Source of the DNA: Abditibacteriaceae bacterium
GTDB taxonomy: Bacteria; Armatimonadota; Abditibacteriia; Abditibacteriales; Abditibacteriaceae
Length of the DNA stretch: 64,000 bases
Direction of reading: 5' to 3'
NCBI GenBank assembly: GCA_965277285.1
Contig: OZ255721.1
Coordinates: 1,728,001-1,792,000 of the forward strand
Shown: one piece after another, positions 31,734-42,954 of the stretch
How the letters are laid out: each line of letters starts with the position of its first letter
Numbering within the stretch: position 1 is the first letter of the stretch
The notes under the pieces: generated by a model
Seen by the model: only the letters and a program-made list of their open reading frames with translations
Database searches by the model: none
What the model was told of the DNA's origin: nothing
Program-made: the position numbers and the translations under genes

Positions 31734-32060
31734 ATGCGAAGGACGTTTTGGAAGATTTGGACAAAAACGAACAATGAAAAGAACGCGATGAATGTATTGC
31801 GGCGCGTGTTAAAGAAGATGAATCGAGAAGCGCAGATCATTTCAGTTGAGCCTTATCCGAAAATCAACGGTTACGTTTTGTGTTTTGTCATCGAGATGGA
31901 ATGCGAAGCATGGAACGATGGAATCGTTGAATGTCTTCGTATCGGCCAAAGTGTTGCTTCGAGTTGGTCAATTTACGGAGACGTTGTTGACGATCCAAGC
32001 GGTTGCTCATCGAACGTCAGCGATTCCGGCGTCGATTCTATCGAATGGAGTTTCCGATAA
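31734..32060 (+). CDS. hypothetical protein
   Basis: 108-aa ORF in AT-richer DNA. Confidence 0.55.
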   Translation: MRRTFWKIWTKTNNEKNAMNVLRRVLKKMNREAQIISVEPYPKINGYVLCFVIEMECEAWNDGIVECLRIGQSVASSWSIYGDVVDDPSGCSSNVSDSGVDSIEWSFR

Positions 32061-32941
32061 CAAATAGTTCAATTTCCTATCTCAGCGAACGTTCGTGGAA
32101 TGCGCATCGGCCTCGCGTGCTTGTCGTCGCGTGTTCGGATGGGCGCTTGCAGCAAAACGTCGATGATTTTCTGCGCAATGCTTTGAACATTGCCGATTAC
32201 GACCGCTTGTATATGCCGGGCGGCCCGGGCGCTCTGGCGCAAAGCGGCTTCGAGTTCTTGCGCGCCGATCAATGGCGACGCGAAAGCGATTTTCTCATCA
32301 AAGCGCACGAGTTGGAAGAAGTCATCCTCATCTTTCACGCAGCCGCGCCTGAGGGCCCAATCGAAGCGAACTGCGCCGATTACAGTCGCAAATTGCCGAC
32401 GATGAACGCGCACGCCTGCCGCGATCAGCAAGACGAAGATGCAACCGATGTTTTGCTGCGCGTTTTCAGTGCGCATTCGCACCTAAAAATGCGCGCCTTT
32501 CGCGCCGAAGTGCGCCGCGATGGAAAAGTCCAGTTCATCGACTTGCTGAGCGGAAGTAACCATGCGCCGTCGGTTGCCCAAGTCGAGCCTGCTCAAGTCG
32601 AGCCTGTCGAACCAACCGCGCGAGCCGATCTCAAGGCGTTGCCGCCAGTTCTGGCGCCGATCACCTTTACGTATCGTGTGACGGGTTCGGTGCGCGGCAT
32701 CACGGGAACTTACACCGCTGAAAACGGAAACGAAGTCGCCATTCCCAACGGCGCAACTTTGCCATGGACGAAAACCGTGACAATTCCTGGCCATCTCATA
32801 CACCAGCACCTCAAAGTCGCTTTATCGGCGCAAGACGCGGCGCGTTCGGGCACTCCGCTTTTGTTGGAAATGTTCGCCGACGGCAAACTCGTCAACTCGA
32901 TAAAAAGCGCTGCCTCGCGCATCTTCGTCCACAAAGATTGA
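32045..32941 (+). CDS. beta-carbonic-anhydrase-like domain fused to a C-terminal beta-rich domain
   Basis: VVACSDGR, MPGGP and LIFH...C pattern; start uncertain (ATG 32045). Confidence 0.6.
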   Translation: MEFPITNSSISYLSERSWNAHRPRVLVVACSDGRLQQNVDDFLRNALNIADYDRLYMPGGPGALAQSGFEFLRADQWRRESDFLIKAHELEEVILIFHAAAPEGPIEANCADYSRKLPTMNAHACRDQQDEDATDVLLRVFSAHSHLKMRAFRAEVRRDGKVQFIDLLSGSNHAPSVAQVEPAQVEPVEPTARADLKALPPVLAPITFTYRVTGSVRGITGTYTAENGNEVAIPNGATLPWTKTVTIPGHLIHQHLKVALSAQDAARSGTPLLLEMFADGKLVNSIKSAASRIFVHKD

Positions 32942-33080
32942 TTATAAAACGAAGCGCTGACGCAGGATTTGGTTCTTTCGCGCTTCAAATTGACGCGATG
33001 CGCCGATTCGCGCTAAATTAAGATGTCCTTCTTCTTTGAATCAAGTTTGTAAAATCTGCGAAATGCCTTGAAAGTAGAAG

Positions 33081-33148
33081 TTTGTCATTCTGAGCGCAGC
33101 GAAGAATCTAACTTTACATAGATTCTTCTCTTCGCTCACAATGACAAA
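33081..33148. repeat. REP/REPIN-like hairpin, family A (slightly decayed)
   Basis: tttgtcattctgagcgcagcgaagaatcta ... tagattcttctcttcgctcacaatgacaaa. Confidence 0.85.
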
Positions 33149-33256
33149 GTGCGGGGTTCCTGCGTTGTTTCTCGCTTTGCAAACTGATTCTCCTATCACG
33201 GCTCACGACCTTCCAATCGAGTACTCAATTCCGCGCTTTTCCAACCCTTTCGTTTC

Positions 33257-34870
33257 ATGTTTCGTAAGCATCAAGACGCGTTTGGCGAACTGTGTTTCGC
33301 GCTGCGCAATGGCGAAATCGCGCCGACCAAAACCATCATTTGCAGCGTCACGCCCGGCGGCGGCAAAAGTTTGTTGCCGCTCATTGCGGCCAGCCAGCTT
33401 TTGCCCGCTCTGGCCGACCGCATTTGCTGGGTCGTGCCGCGTCGTGCCCTGCAAGCGCAAGCCGAAAGCGAGTTTCTGGCGTCCCGTGGCCGCGAACTTT
33501 TGGGTCACAATCACATGATTCGCAAAAGCTCGAACGAACCCGATCCGGCGCGCAACCTGTCCGGCTTCGTCACGACTTATCAAGCGATTGGCATGGGCAA
33601 TTATTATCTGCGCGAAGAGTTTGCGCGGCATCGCTACATCTTATTTCTCGATGAACCGCATCACGTCGAAGAAGGCGGCGCGTGGGAAGCGGCACTCGAA
33701 CCTTTGGTCAGCCGCGCCGTTTTGACGGTTTTTATGAGCGGAACGCTGGAGCGCGGCAATCGCAAGCGCATCGCGTTTTTGCCGTATGCGCAAAGCTCGC
33801 GCGGTGAAATTATCGACCTCAGTGGACGCCAGGCGCCCGCTATCGAGTACTCGAGGCGCGATGCCCTGCTCGACCAGGCGATTTTGCCGATTCATTTTGA
33901 ACTGATGGACGGCACAGCCGAATGGATCGGGCGCGATGGCGAAACTTATTCGACAACGCTTTCCGCCGCCAACAAAGACACGGCGGAAGCGCTTTATACC
34001 GCGCTCAAAACGCAGTTCGCCGTGCAGCTTTTGGACGAATGCAGCGCGCACTGGAACACTCACAAACAAAGTCATCCGCGCGCCAAACTGCTGGTCGTGA
34101 CCGCCGACATCGAAGACGCCAAAAAATACGCCGAGCACCTTTACAAACAAGGCATTCGCGCCGCCATTGCGACCAGCGACGATTCTTCGCAAGCGCAGGC
34201 GAACATCGAAAGTTTCAAAAGCATCGGCAAGCGCAAATCGATTGACGCGCTGGTCACGGTCGCTATGGCGTATGAAGGCTTGGATGTTCCCGCGATCACG
34301 CACATCGCGTGTTTGACGCACATCCGCAGCAAGCCGTGGATCGAGCAAATGATCGCGCGCGCCACGCGTTACGACGCCGAAGCCGGAAGTTGGGACGAGC
34401 AAATGGCGTATGTTTACGTGCCCGACGACCGCAACATTTGCGCAATTATTCAGGCGATGGAAGACGAACAAATCAGCGCCATAAAAACCACGAATTCGCA
34501 AGACGATTTGACGGACGAAGAAATGCTGGCGATGCTGAACGCCGAAGAACGCCGCGCACCCGAAGAGCGGAACGCGATTGTTCCGGTTGGAAGTCAGGGC
34601 GTTGGAAGGCGTTGGAACCGCGTCGGCCACATCGCGCCGCAAGGTTCGAGTACTCAATCGGCACCAACACGCACGCCGAGCCAGATGGAAGCGCGTTTGC
34701 GCGAACGCATTCAAAAACGTTGCCGTCAAATCGACGCCGAAACCTTCGACCGCACCTGGGGCGAAACCAACAAGCGCGTCGTGCGCTACTTCGGCAAGCA
34801 ACGCACGCAAATGACTTTGGACGAACTCGAACGCGTCAATTTGTGGCTGGAAGAAACCTATCCAGGCTAA
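33257..34870 (+). CDS. superfamily II helicase/ATPase (ResIII-like DExH)
   Basis: TPGGGKS, LDEPHH, MSGT, VAMAYEGLDVP and EQMIARATR. Confidence 0.88.
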   Translation: MFRKHQDAFGELCFALRNGEIAPTKTIICSVTPGGGKSLLPLIAASQLLPALADRICWVVPRRALQAQAESEFLASRGRELLGHNHMIRKSSNEPDPARNLSGFVTTYQAIGMGNYYLREEFARHRYILFLDEPHHVEEGGAWEAALEPLVSRAVLTVFMSGTLERGNRKRIAFLPYAQSSRGEIIDLSGRQAPAIEYSRRDALLDQAILPIHFELMDGTAEWIGRDGETYSTTLSAANKDTAEALYTALKTQFAVQLLDECSAHWNTHKQSHPRAKLLVVTADIEDAKKYAEHLYKQGIRAAIATSDDSSQAQANIESFKSIGKRKSIDALVTVAMAYEGLDVPAITHIACLTHIRSKPWIEQMIARATRYDAEAGSWDEQMAYVYVPDDRNICAIIQAMEDEQISAIKTTNSQDDLTDEEMLAMLNAEERRAPEERNAIVPVGSQGVGRRWNRVGHIAPQGSSTQSAPTRTPSQMEARLRERIQKRCRQIDAETFDRTWGETNKRVVRYFGKQRTQMTLDELERVNLWLEETYPG

Positions 34871-34894
34871 TTCGAGTACTCGATGAACAGAGTT

Positions 34895-35410
34895 TCACGC
34901 TTGGAGGTTCCAACTCGCACTCAAATCATTGTCGCACAGATCGCACACGAACCAATCGTCTTTGACGATGTTGATAGAACGGCAACGGGAACAAAGTCGG
35001 AAGACGAAGTGCGTTGAAAAATTGGCGGGATGAGCAAGACCGATTTCATCTAACGCTCTGGCGACAGTCGGCCACGATTCGGGTTCAGGACAATAACCCG
35101 TTGACTGATTGGAAACCGCAACGACTTCGGCTTCTTCGTTGTGAATCTGAAAACTCATTTCGCCAGCAGAAAAAACAGGTTGTCCATTCGCGCACGCAAC
35201 GTGCTCCGAATGACGGTCGGCAATCCAGAGTTTTCCCGTTGTATCAACGATGAACGTAGCGACAACTTGATTTTCTATGGTCGCATTTTGTTGGGTTTGT
35301 TCGATCCAACGCAAAACATCGGACGCATTTAGAATTCGGCAACGTGTTGGTGAACTTCCGCTTGAAGAGAGAAATTCGAGTGGCCCAACGTATTGATAAA
35401 TTCTCGGCAT
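34895..35410 (-). CDS. hypothetical protein with C-terminal CxxC...CxxC
   Basis: RHSEHVACA, SAGE, SNQSTGYCP and a zinc-ribbon-like end. Confidence 0.75.
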   Translation of the reverse strand: MPRIYQYVGPLEFLSSSGSSPTRCRILNASDVLRWIEQTQQNATIENQVVATFIVDTTGKLWIADRHSEHVACANGQPVFSAGEMSFQIHNEEAEVVAVSNQSTGYCPEPESWPTVARALDEIGLAHPANFSTHFVFRLCSRCRSINIVKDDWFVCDLCDNDLSASWNLQA

Positions 35411-35426
35411 CTTTGCAGTATGGCAA

Positions 35427-35466
35427 CAAAAAGCCCGCTACGAAAACTTCTCGTAACGGGCTTTTT
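35427..35466. terminator. intrinsic terminator
   Basis: aaaaagcccgctacga-aaacttc-tcgtaacgggcttttt. Confidence 0.75.
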
Positions 35467-35499
35467 CGTCAATCGAGTACTCGAATTATGCTCAACGAA

Positions 35500-36195
35500 T
35501 TAACCGTTGAGGCCGCCGTTGCTAGGGCGCGAATAATTCGATTGCGCGCTGTTGTTACTGGCGGTGTTACCAGCGGTGCCAGCACGATTTTCACGATGTT
35601 CGCGTCGCCATTGCTTCAATTGCGCTTGCTGCTCGGGCGTCAATAGCGCAAGGATGCTTTGCATCGAGCTGCGGCGAACCGTTTTAATTTGCGCCTGCTG
35701 CTCGGCAGGAGACAAGGACGTGTTGCTCTTGATCGCTTCGATTTGCGCTTTGGCGGTTTCCCGAATGCTCTTAATTTGCGCTTTCTGATCCGCTGTCAGG
35801 TTCAGTTCTTTGAAGCCTTCGTTTTCGCGCTTATCCCCGCGCTCTTCACGGCGAATCTGCTTCAGTTGCGCTTGTTGATCCGGCGTCAAAACGGCGTTGA
35901 TGCGCGCTTCGGTGTCGACGTGGATCGCCTTGATTTGCGCTTTTGCATCGGCGGGCGACAAAGATGTGTTGCTTTTGACTTCCTGCACGCGCACTTTCTG
36001 GTCGTCCAAAATCGTCTTGATCTGCGCTTTCTGGTCAGCCGTCAAATTCAACTGGCTCCAAACGCTACGATGGTGACGTGCTGTGGTTGGCGCAGTCGTG
36101 GTTTGCGCCAGCGAGGGAAACGCTGTGCCAACAATTGTGCCCAATGCCAAAACGCCCAATGCGACCATTTTGAACGTCGTCTTTGATGTCTTCAT
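35500..36195 (-). CDS. Spy/CpxP family periplasmic chaperone (two LTxxQ modules)
   Basis: Signal peptide; repeated LNLTADQKAQIK / VLTPDQQAQLKQ; start ATG 36195 after AGGAG; divergent from a CpxR-like gene. Confidence 0.88.
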   Translation of the reverse strand: MKTSKTTFKMVALGVLALGTIVGTAFPSLAQTTTAPTTARHHRSVWSQLNLTADQKAQIKTILDDQKVRVQEVKSNTSLSPADAKAQIKAIHVDTEARINAVLTPDQQAQLKQIRREERGDKRENEGFKELNLTADQKAQIKSIRETAKAQIEAIKSNTSLSPAEQQAQIKTVRRSSMQSILALLTPEQQAQLKQWRREHRENRAGTAGNTASNNSAQSNYSRPSNGGLNG

Positions 36196-36398
36196 TCGAT
36201 TTCTCCTGAACTTTCGGCGAAGCTTGTTTTTGGCTTTCTTCGCGCAAGTGCCTTGTGAGACGTGAGTATGGCTTTGGAGTTGGTCAAGTTGCGTCAACCC
36301 TCTGCAAAGTTTTGTTAAAAAACAATGTTTTGAGGATATGCTTCAAAAATAAACCTCAATGTGCGATAGAATTGCGAGGAAGTGAAGTTAAACAGCTC

Positions 36399-37145
36399 AT
36401 GGAACGAATTCTCTTGGTTGATGACGACGTCGAGTTGTGTGAATTGGTCAACGAATATCTGGCGCCCGAAGGTTTCGCCATCGAAACGCGGCACGACGGC
36501 GCGCAAGGTTTGCAAGCGGCGCAAAGCGGCCAACACGACATTTTAGTACTCGATGTGATGCTGCCAAAAATGGGCGGCTTTGAAGTGCTGCGGCAATTGC
36601 GCGCTGACGAAGGTTCGCGTTCACCCGCCACGCATCTTCCCGTGCTGATGCTGACAGCGCGCGGCGACGACATCGACCGCATCGTCGGACTGGAAATGGG
36701 CGCCGACGATTACCTGTCGAAACCTTTCAATCCGCGCGAGTTGGCAGCTCGCATCCGCGCTATTTTGCGTCGTACACAAAGCGTTCAAAATGCGGCTTCA
36801 AACGAAACTCTTGCAACAAGCGAAGAACCGGAAAATACGCTTCAAGTGTTGAAGGTCGGCGACCTCGAAATGGACGAAGGCGCGCGGCGCGCTCAACGCA
36901 ATGGCCAAAAATTGGAGTTGACAGGCGTCGAATTCGATCTGCTGGCGATGTTGTTGCGCTCCGCCGGTCATGTCGTATCGCGCGAAGAACTGATTCGCCA
37001 GATTTTAGGGCGCAAGGCGCTGCGCTACGACCGCAGCATCGACACGCACGTCAGCAACCTGCGCAAAAAACTCGGCCCCAGCGCCGACGGCGGCGAACGT
37101 ATCACCTCGATCCGCAGCGTCGGCTACATTTATCGTCGTCCTTGA
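36399..37145 (+). CDS. cpxR: OmpR-family response regulator (CpxR-like)
   Basis: ILLVDDD, LDVMLP, GLEMGADDYLSKPF and DRSIDTHVSNLRKKLG. Confidence 0.88.
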   Translation: MERILLVDDDVELCELVNEYLAPEGFAIETRHDGAQGLQAAQSGQHDILVLDVMLPKMGGFEVLRQLRADEGSRSPATHLPVLMLTARGDDIDRIVGLEMGADDYLSKPFNPRELAARIRAILRRTQSVQNAASNETLATSEEPENTLQVLKVGDLEMDEGARRAQRNGQKLELTGVEFDLLAMLLRSAGHVVSREELIRQILGRKALRYDRSIDTHVSNLRKKLGPSADGGERITSIRSVGYIYRRP

Positions 37146-37170
37146 ACAAAGCTCGATACGATCAGCAAGT

Positions 37171-37304
37171 CAACGAACCCGAAGTGTGAGCAAGGGAGAT
37201 GAGAAAAGATGAAGCCAAAAGGATGAAGTTGGCGCTTCAGTGCCTTCCTCTTCCATTATATTCATCCTTTCTTGGTCTCCCTCGCTGACGCTTCGGGTTC
37301 GTTG
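37171..37304. repeat. REPIN-like hairpin, family B, long spacer
   Basis: caacgaacccgaagtgtgagcaagggaga ... tctccctcgctgacgcttcgggttcgttg. Confidence 0.85.
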
Positions 37305-37336
37305 AGCAATCGAGTACTCGAAACTCACTTTTATTT

Positions 37337-39199
37337 ATGCGCAGTTTGTTTTGGAAAATTTTTTTGTGGTTCTGGCTGGCGATGACGCTGGTCATCACGC
37401 TGACGGCGACGCTGATGTGGTCGCTGGGGCCGATGATTCCACGTTTTCCCAACGAGGCGGACGCCGCGCCCAACGGACGGCGCTTTCTGCCGGTCAGCGA
37501 AGCGATGGCGTTGCTGGCGAACCAGAGCGTCACCGCTTATCAGCACGCGGGTGCTGGCGCTCTGCCGCCACAATGGGAAACCGGCAGCAACGCGCGCCGC
37601 GTCGAATCGTGGCTTTTCGACCAAAACGGCAAAGTTCTCGCCCATACAGCGCCCGCGCTTCCGAAAGAACTAACCCAAAAAACGACACCTGCGGCAACTT
37701 CAGATGCCGCCTCGGGAAACAGCGATGACGTGTCCACTTTCAGCGCTTCGACCTGGCCGAAAGTTTCCTCAACCGACATCGAAACCATGGCGTGGCGCGC
37801 TTTGAACAGCCCTCGCCTGCAAACACGGCGTCAAGGCAGCGGCTTGTTGGCAGCGATTGCGACTGACCGCGCGGGTCAGCATTTCGCACTTGTGATGCTG
37901 TTCAGCGCGCCACCTCAAAGCGATGAAAACCCGTTGCTATCGCCCAGCCTGGGATTTCCGATTCTCACGCCTTTGCTGGGCGCGGGCGATCTTTCGCGGC
38001 GTGCCACGCGCCTGCTGCTGATGCTGCTCACAACCGGACTTTTCTGTTTCTGGCTGGCGCGCCATCTGACACGTCCAGTTTCGCAATTGCGCACCGCCAC
38101 GCACCAACTCGAACGCGGACAGTTGAGTTCGCGCGTCGCGCCACAATTGAAAAAACGCCGCGACGAACTGGGCGACTTGGGACGCGATTTCGACGCTATG
38201 GCCGAACGATTAGAAGCTTTGATGACGGCGCAACGCCGCTTGATCAGCGACGTTTCGCACGAACTGCGTTCGCCTTTGGCGCGCCTGGGCATCGCCCTCG
38301 AACTGGCGCGCCGCCATTCGACAAAAAACATCGTCAGCCAAAACTTCGCCGAACACAATTCGAGTACTCGATCTTCCACGAATTTGTCAGCAACGCTTGC
38401 TGAAGCGACTTCCAACGAAAATTCGATTGTTCCAGCGAGTGCCGTGAACGGTGCGACGATGATTCCTGCGGCCTTGTCTTCAGCGGATGCGCAATTGCAA
38501 AGCGCGCTTGATCGCATCGAGCGCGAAGCGGGACGTTTGGAAGAAATGGTCGGGCAATTGTTGATGTTGTCGCGCCTGGAAAGTGGCGCGCCAGTTGGAA
38601 ACGAGGAAACTTTCGACTTGCTGGAAGTGGTGCGCGAAGTGGCGAGCGACGGGCGTTTCGAGGCTCAATCGCAAGGCCGCGAAGTCGAAGTGACGCAAGG
38701 CGAAGTGCAAGGCGATTGCGCCTCAAGCGAGCAACTTCCCATTCATGGCTCGCGCGCCCTGATGCGCAGCGGCCTGGAAAACGTCTTGCGCAACGCGATT
38801 CGCTTTGCGCCACCAGGAACCAGCGTCCAAATCGAAGTCCATTGCGAAACTTTGAACTCGCGCGCCCTCTCGAAAACCATGCCAAAAACGGCACTTGAAA
38901 AACTTTCACCTACCGATTTGCCGACCAGCACGCACCATCCGGCGCACAACATACACAACGCAACGTCGCAAATCGTGCTTCGAGTACTCGATGCTGGCCC
39001 GGGCGTTCCCGAAGATGTCTTGCAGAAACTTTTCCAACCGTTTTATCGCGTGGAAGACGCGCGCGACCGTCAAAGCGGCGGCACAGGTTTGGGTTTGGCG
39101 ATTGCCGAGCGCGCCATTCACTTGCACGACGGCACCATTCGCGCCTTCAATCGCCCAGCTGGTGGCCTGGGCGTGGAAATCACCTTGCCGCAAAGTTGA
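37337..39199 (+). CDS. cpxA: sensor histidine kinase (CpxA-like)
   Basis: SLFWKIFLWFWL, HAMP, DVSHELRSPLARL, NVLRNAIRF, DAGPGVP and GGTGLGLAI. Confidence 0.88.
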   Translation: MRSLFWKIFLWFWLAMTLVITLTATLMWSLGPMIPRFPNEADAAPNGRRFLPVSEAMALLANQSVTAYQHAGAGALPPQWETGSNARRVESWLFDQNGKVLAHTAPALPKELTQKTTPAATSDAASGNSDDVSTFSASTWPKVSSTDIETMAWRALNSPRLQTRRQGSGLLAAIATDRAGQHFALVMLFSAPPQSDENPLLSPSLGFPILTPLLGAGDLSRRATRLLLMLLTTGLFCFWLARHLTRPVSQLRTATHQLERGQLSSRVAPQLKKRRDELGDLGRDFDAMAERLEALMTAQRRLISDVSHELRSPLARLGIALELARRHSTKNIVSQNFAEHNSSTRSSTNLSATLAEATSNENSIVPASAVNGATMIPAALSSADAQLQSALDRIEREAGRLEEMVGQLLMLSRLESGAPVGNEETFDLLEVVREVASDGRFEAQSQGREVEVTQGEVQGDCASSEQLPIHGSRALMRSGLENVLRNAIRFAPPGTSVQIEVHCETLNSRALSKTMPKTALEKLSPTDLPTSTHHPAHNIHNATSQIVLRVLDAGPGVPEDVLQKLFQPFYRVEDARDRQSGGTGLGLAIAERAIHLHDGTIRAFNRPAGGLGVEITLPQS

Positions 39200-39305
39200 T
39201 GCAGAGAATAGAACCCAAGCGTAAGCGCGGGGCTTTCTTCAAGTGTTCGTTAAAGCTCTTTTTACTCCCATTCGGAAGAACGCAGGTTCTATCCTTGAAA
39301 GGGTT

Positions 39306-40072
<767 letters not shown>

Positions 40073-40076
<4 letters not shown>

Positions 40077-41521
40077 CGCGTCACCTCCCAGCGGCGTTCG
40101 AGCGCGTTCGCCAGGCGCGTCAAGGGAAACGTCACGAGAAGATAAAACGCGGCGACGGTTGTCCAAACCGGAAGCGGCGCCGCGATCTGGCTCGCCAACT
40201 CTTGTCCACTGCGCGTCAGTTCCGCCATGCCGATAACCGAAACCAGCGACGAATCTTTAAGCAGAGCAATCGCTTCGTTGGTCAAAGGTGGCAAAACGCG
40301 GCGCACGGCCTGGGGCAAAATGACATGGCGCATCGACTGCGAATATGTCATGCCCAGCGAGCGCGCGGCTTCGCTTTGCCCGATGTCGATGGACGAAATG
40401 CCCGCGCGAAAAATCTCCGCGATATACGCCGCGCAATTGAGCGAAAGCGCCAAAGTCGCGGCGGGCAACGGTTTCAAATCCAGCCCAATAAGTTGCGGCA
40501 GCGCGTAATAAACAAAAATGATTTGTACTAAAAGCGGCGTGCCGCGCCAGATTTCGACATAGATTGCGCAGGCGATTTTGAGTACTCGAACGCCGCGCAA
40601 ACGCCCCAACGCCAGCATCAAGCCGCACGGCACGCCGATGAGGAGCGCCAAAAATGTCAGCAAAAGCGTAAGTTCGATTCCGTGCGCGAGAGTGCGCAAA
40701 ACCAAAGGCCAGGGAAACGCTTCTTTGGTATGAGATGCGCGTTCATCCGCCAGGCGCGCCGAAGCGCCGAAGTATTTGGTTTCGAGCGCGGCGTATTGGC
40801 CATTCGCGCGCAAACGTCCCAGCGCATCGTTGACGGCCTGTTGCAGCGCGACATCTTGCGGGCGCATCACCACGCCGTAATGTTCTTCGGTCAGCAAAGC
40901 GCCAACAGTGTGCAAGCCGCTGAAACCGTGCGCCAGAAAATAGCGAATCGTTGGCGCATCGCCGACTACGCCGTCCAAGTTGCCGTTTTTCAAATCCTGC
41001 AACGCGAGGTCAATCGTCGGATATTTGCGGACGCCGATCTGCGGATATTTTTTGAGAACTTCGCCCGCCGTCGTGTTGATCTGCATTCCCGCAGTTTTGC
41101 CGCTCAAGTCGTTGATGGTTTTGACGGCGCTTTCGTCATCGCGCACGGCGACGATTTGTCCCGCTGTGTAATACGGAGTAGAAAACGCCAGTTGCTTGCG
41201 GCGTTCATCGGTGATGGTTACGCTGGACATCACCATGTCGAACTTGCGCGCCAATAACGCCGGAAAAATGCCATCGAAACTCGTGTTGACCCATTCGACG
41301 CGCGCGCCCATTTCGCTGCCGATGGCTTGTCCCAGTTCGATGTCGAAGCCGCTGAACTGGCCATCTTTTTCGGTTTCAAAGGGCGGATAAGTCGCGTCGC
41401 TGCCGATGCGCAACGTTTGGCCGCGAAAACTGCTCGCGCTTTGTGGCGCGGCTGCAATTCGAGTACTCGAAAAGAGCGCCAGACAACAAAATATCAGCCA
41501 GAGGAATAAAATTCGTTTCAA
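40073..41521 (-). CDS. fused amino acid ABC substrate-binding protein/permease
   Basis: DATYPPFE...GFDIE binding domain followed by RGTPLLVQ and AEIFRAGI...EAARSLG permease. Confidence 0.93.
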
Positions 41522-41620
41522 AAGCGCCTCGATTTTCTTTGCGAAACTTCACCTAAAAGGCTAAACGCATTTATTGCTCGTTCGTCACAGCGCGCTATTG
41601 TCACACGCTGTACGGAGTTC

Positions 41621-41712
41621 AGCGAACCCGAAGCGTCAGCGAGGGAGATTTTTCACATCTGCGACACCTCGCCGGCTGTTACTGACTCCCTCGCTGATGC
41701 TTCGGGTTCGCT
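41621..41712. repeat. REPIN-like hairpin, family B
   Basis: agcgaacccgaagcgtcagcgagggag ... ctccctcgctgatgcttcgggttcgct. Confidence 0.9.
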
Positions 41713-41739
41713 AAATGCTCGCTTCTCCTTTCTTGAAAT

Positions 41740-42807
41740 ATGCCCTTCCTCACAAAAAGCGTTTTTGTCGGAGCGATTGTTCTTACGCTCACATCAGCCT
41801 TATCGTCCTGGATCAGACATTTGGGCGGCACAGCGCAGAGCACCGCTTTGCAACCTTTGGCGCAACCTTTGGCGCAACCTTTGGCGCGACATGCGCAGCG
41901 TCTGCTTTCGCGGCAACAACGGGCGCAAGCGGCGCACGAAGCGCGTTTGAAGCGCCAGGACGCCGAAATGGTGCGCGGCTTGCGCGGCCAATTGCAGCGT
42001 GTGCCGATGCCGCTCAGCCCACGTTTGAAGCGCAGTATTACCGCCTGGATTTATCTGCCGCCTGGATATGCGACTTCGAGTACTCGATTTCCCGTCGCCT
42101 ATATTTTGCATGGCGCGCCCGGACAAGCGCGCGATTGTTTCGTCAGTGCGCAAGTGCATCGCGTCGCGGAACACCTGATTTTAGAGAAAAAAGTTAAGCC
42201 GATGATTTTGGTCGGTTGGGACGCCAGCGGGCCAAAGGGCGCCGACGATGTGATCGATTATCTCAATCGCGCTGATGGCTCGTGGCCGATGGAAGATTTT
42301 ATTACACAAGAATTGGTGCCGTGGATCGACGCCAATTATCGCACGCAAGCGCAGCCGCAATCGCGCGCTCTGATCGGTTTTTCCGCTGGAGGTTATGGCG
42401 CTGCCAATCTGGGCCTGAAACATCCCGATATTTGGAGCGTAATGGCTTCACATTCCGGTTTTTTCGATCCCGACAGCGACCGCGAAAACATCACCAGAAT
42501 ACTCGGGCCGAAAAGTGAAATGTGGGACGCCAACAATCCGATTTTGCGCGTGCGTGAACTGGCGCCTGGAACGCGCCTGCATTTCTACATGGATGTCGGG
42601 CGCAGCGATGCCTTGCTGCCCGATTTCCTCCAAATGCAACGCGAATTGCAAGCGCAGCACATTGATTACGAAGCGCAAATCGCTTCCGGCGCCCACACAT
42701 GGAATTATCTGCGCGCTCATTACCGCGATTCGCTGCTTTTCGTTGACCGAAGATGGAACGAAATGGCATCGCAGATGGCACCTCCTCTGTCAATTGTGGC
42801 ACACTAA
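41740..42807 (+). CDS. secreted alpha/beta-hydrolase (putative esterase)
   Basis: IYLPPGY, YILHG, GFSAGG nucleophile elbow and GAHTW. Confidence 0.88.
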   Translation: MPFLTKSVFVGAIVLTLTSALSSWIRHLGGTAQSTALQPLAQPLAQPLARHAQRLLSRQQRAQAAHEARLKRQDAEMVRGLRGQLQRVPMPLSPRLKRSITAWIYLPPGYATSSTRFPVAYILHGAPGQARDCFVSAQVHRVAEHLILEKKVKPMILVGWDASGPKGADDVIDYLNRADGSWPMEDFITQELVPWIDANYRTQAQPQSRALIGFSAGGYGAANLGLKHPDIWSVMASHSGFFDPDSDRENITRILGPKSEMWDANNPILRVRELAPGTRLHFYMDVGRSDALLPDFLQMQRELQAQHIDYEAQIASGAHTWNYLRAHYRDSLLFVDRRWNEMASQMAPPLSIVAH

Positions 42808-42954
42808 TGTCGCGCATTTATATTCATATCGAAGAGAAAAATATAGCGTTTAGAAGGCAAAACGCTTGCGCAAAAGTGCTTATAGCCAGCGTTCTATTTT
42901 GGCGCCGGATCGCGGCTTTTCGACTTTTTCAAATTTTGCCTACGGAGGCTTCTC

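Noticed and set aside
36290..36325. CpxR box between the cpxP-like and cpxR-like genes
   Set aside because: Only a weak match (gcaaa-N5-gttaa) to GTAAA-N5-GTAAA; cannot be supported
41850..41886. 12-bp tandem repeat gcaacctttggc x3 (QPLA)
   Set aside because: Short in-frame linker microsatellite with no evidence of function
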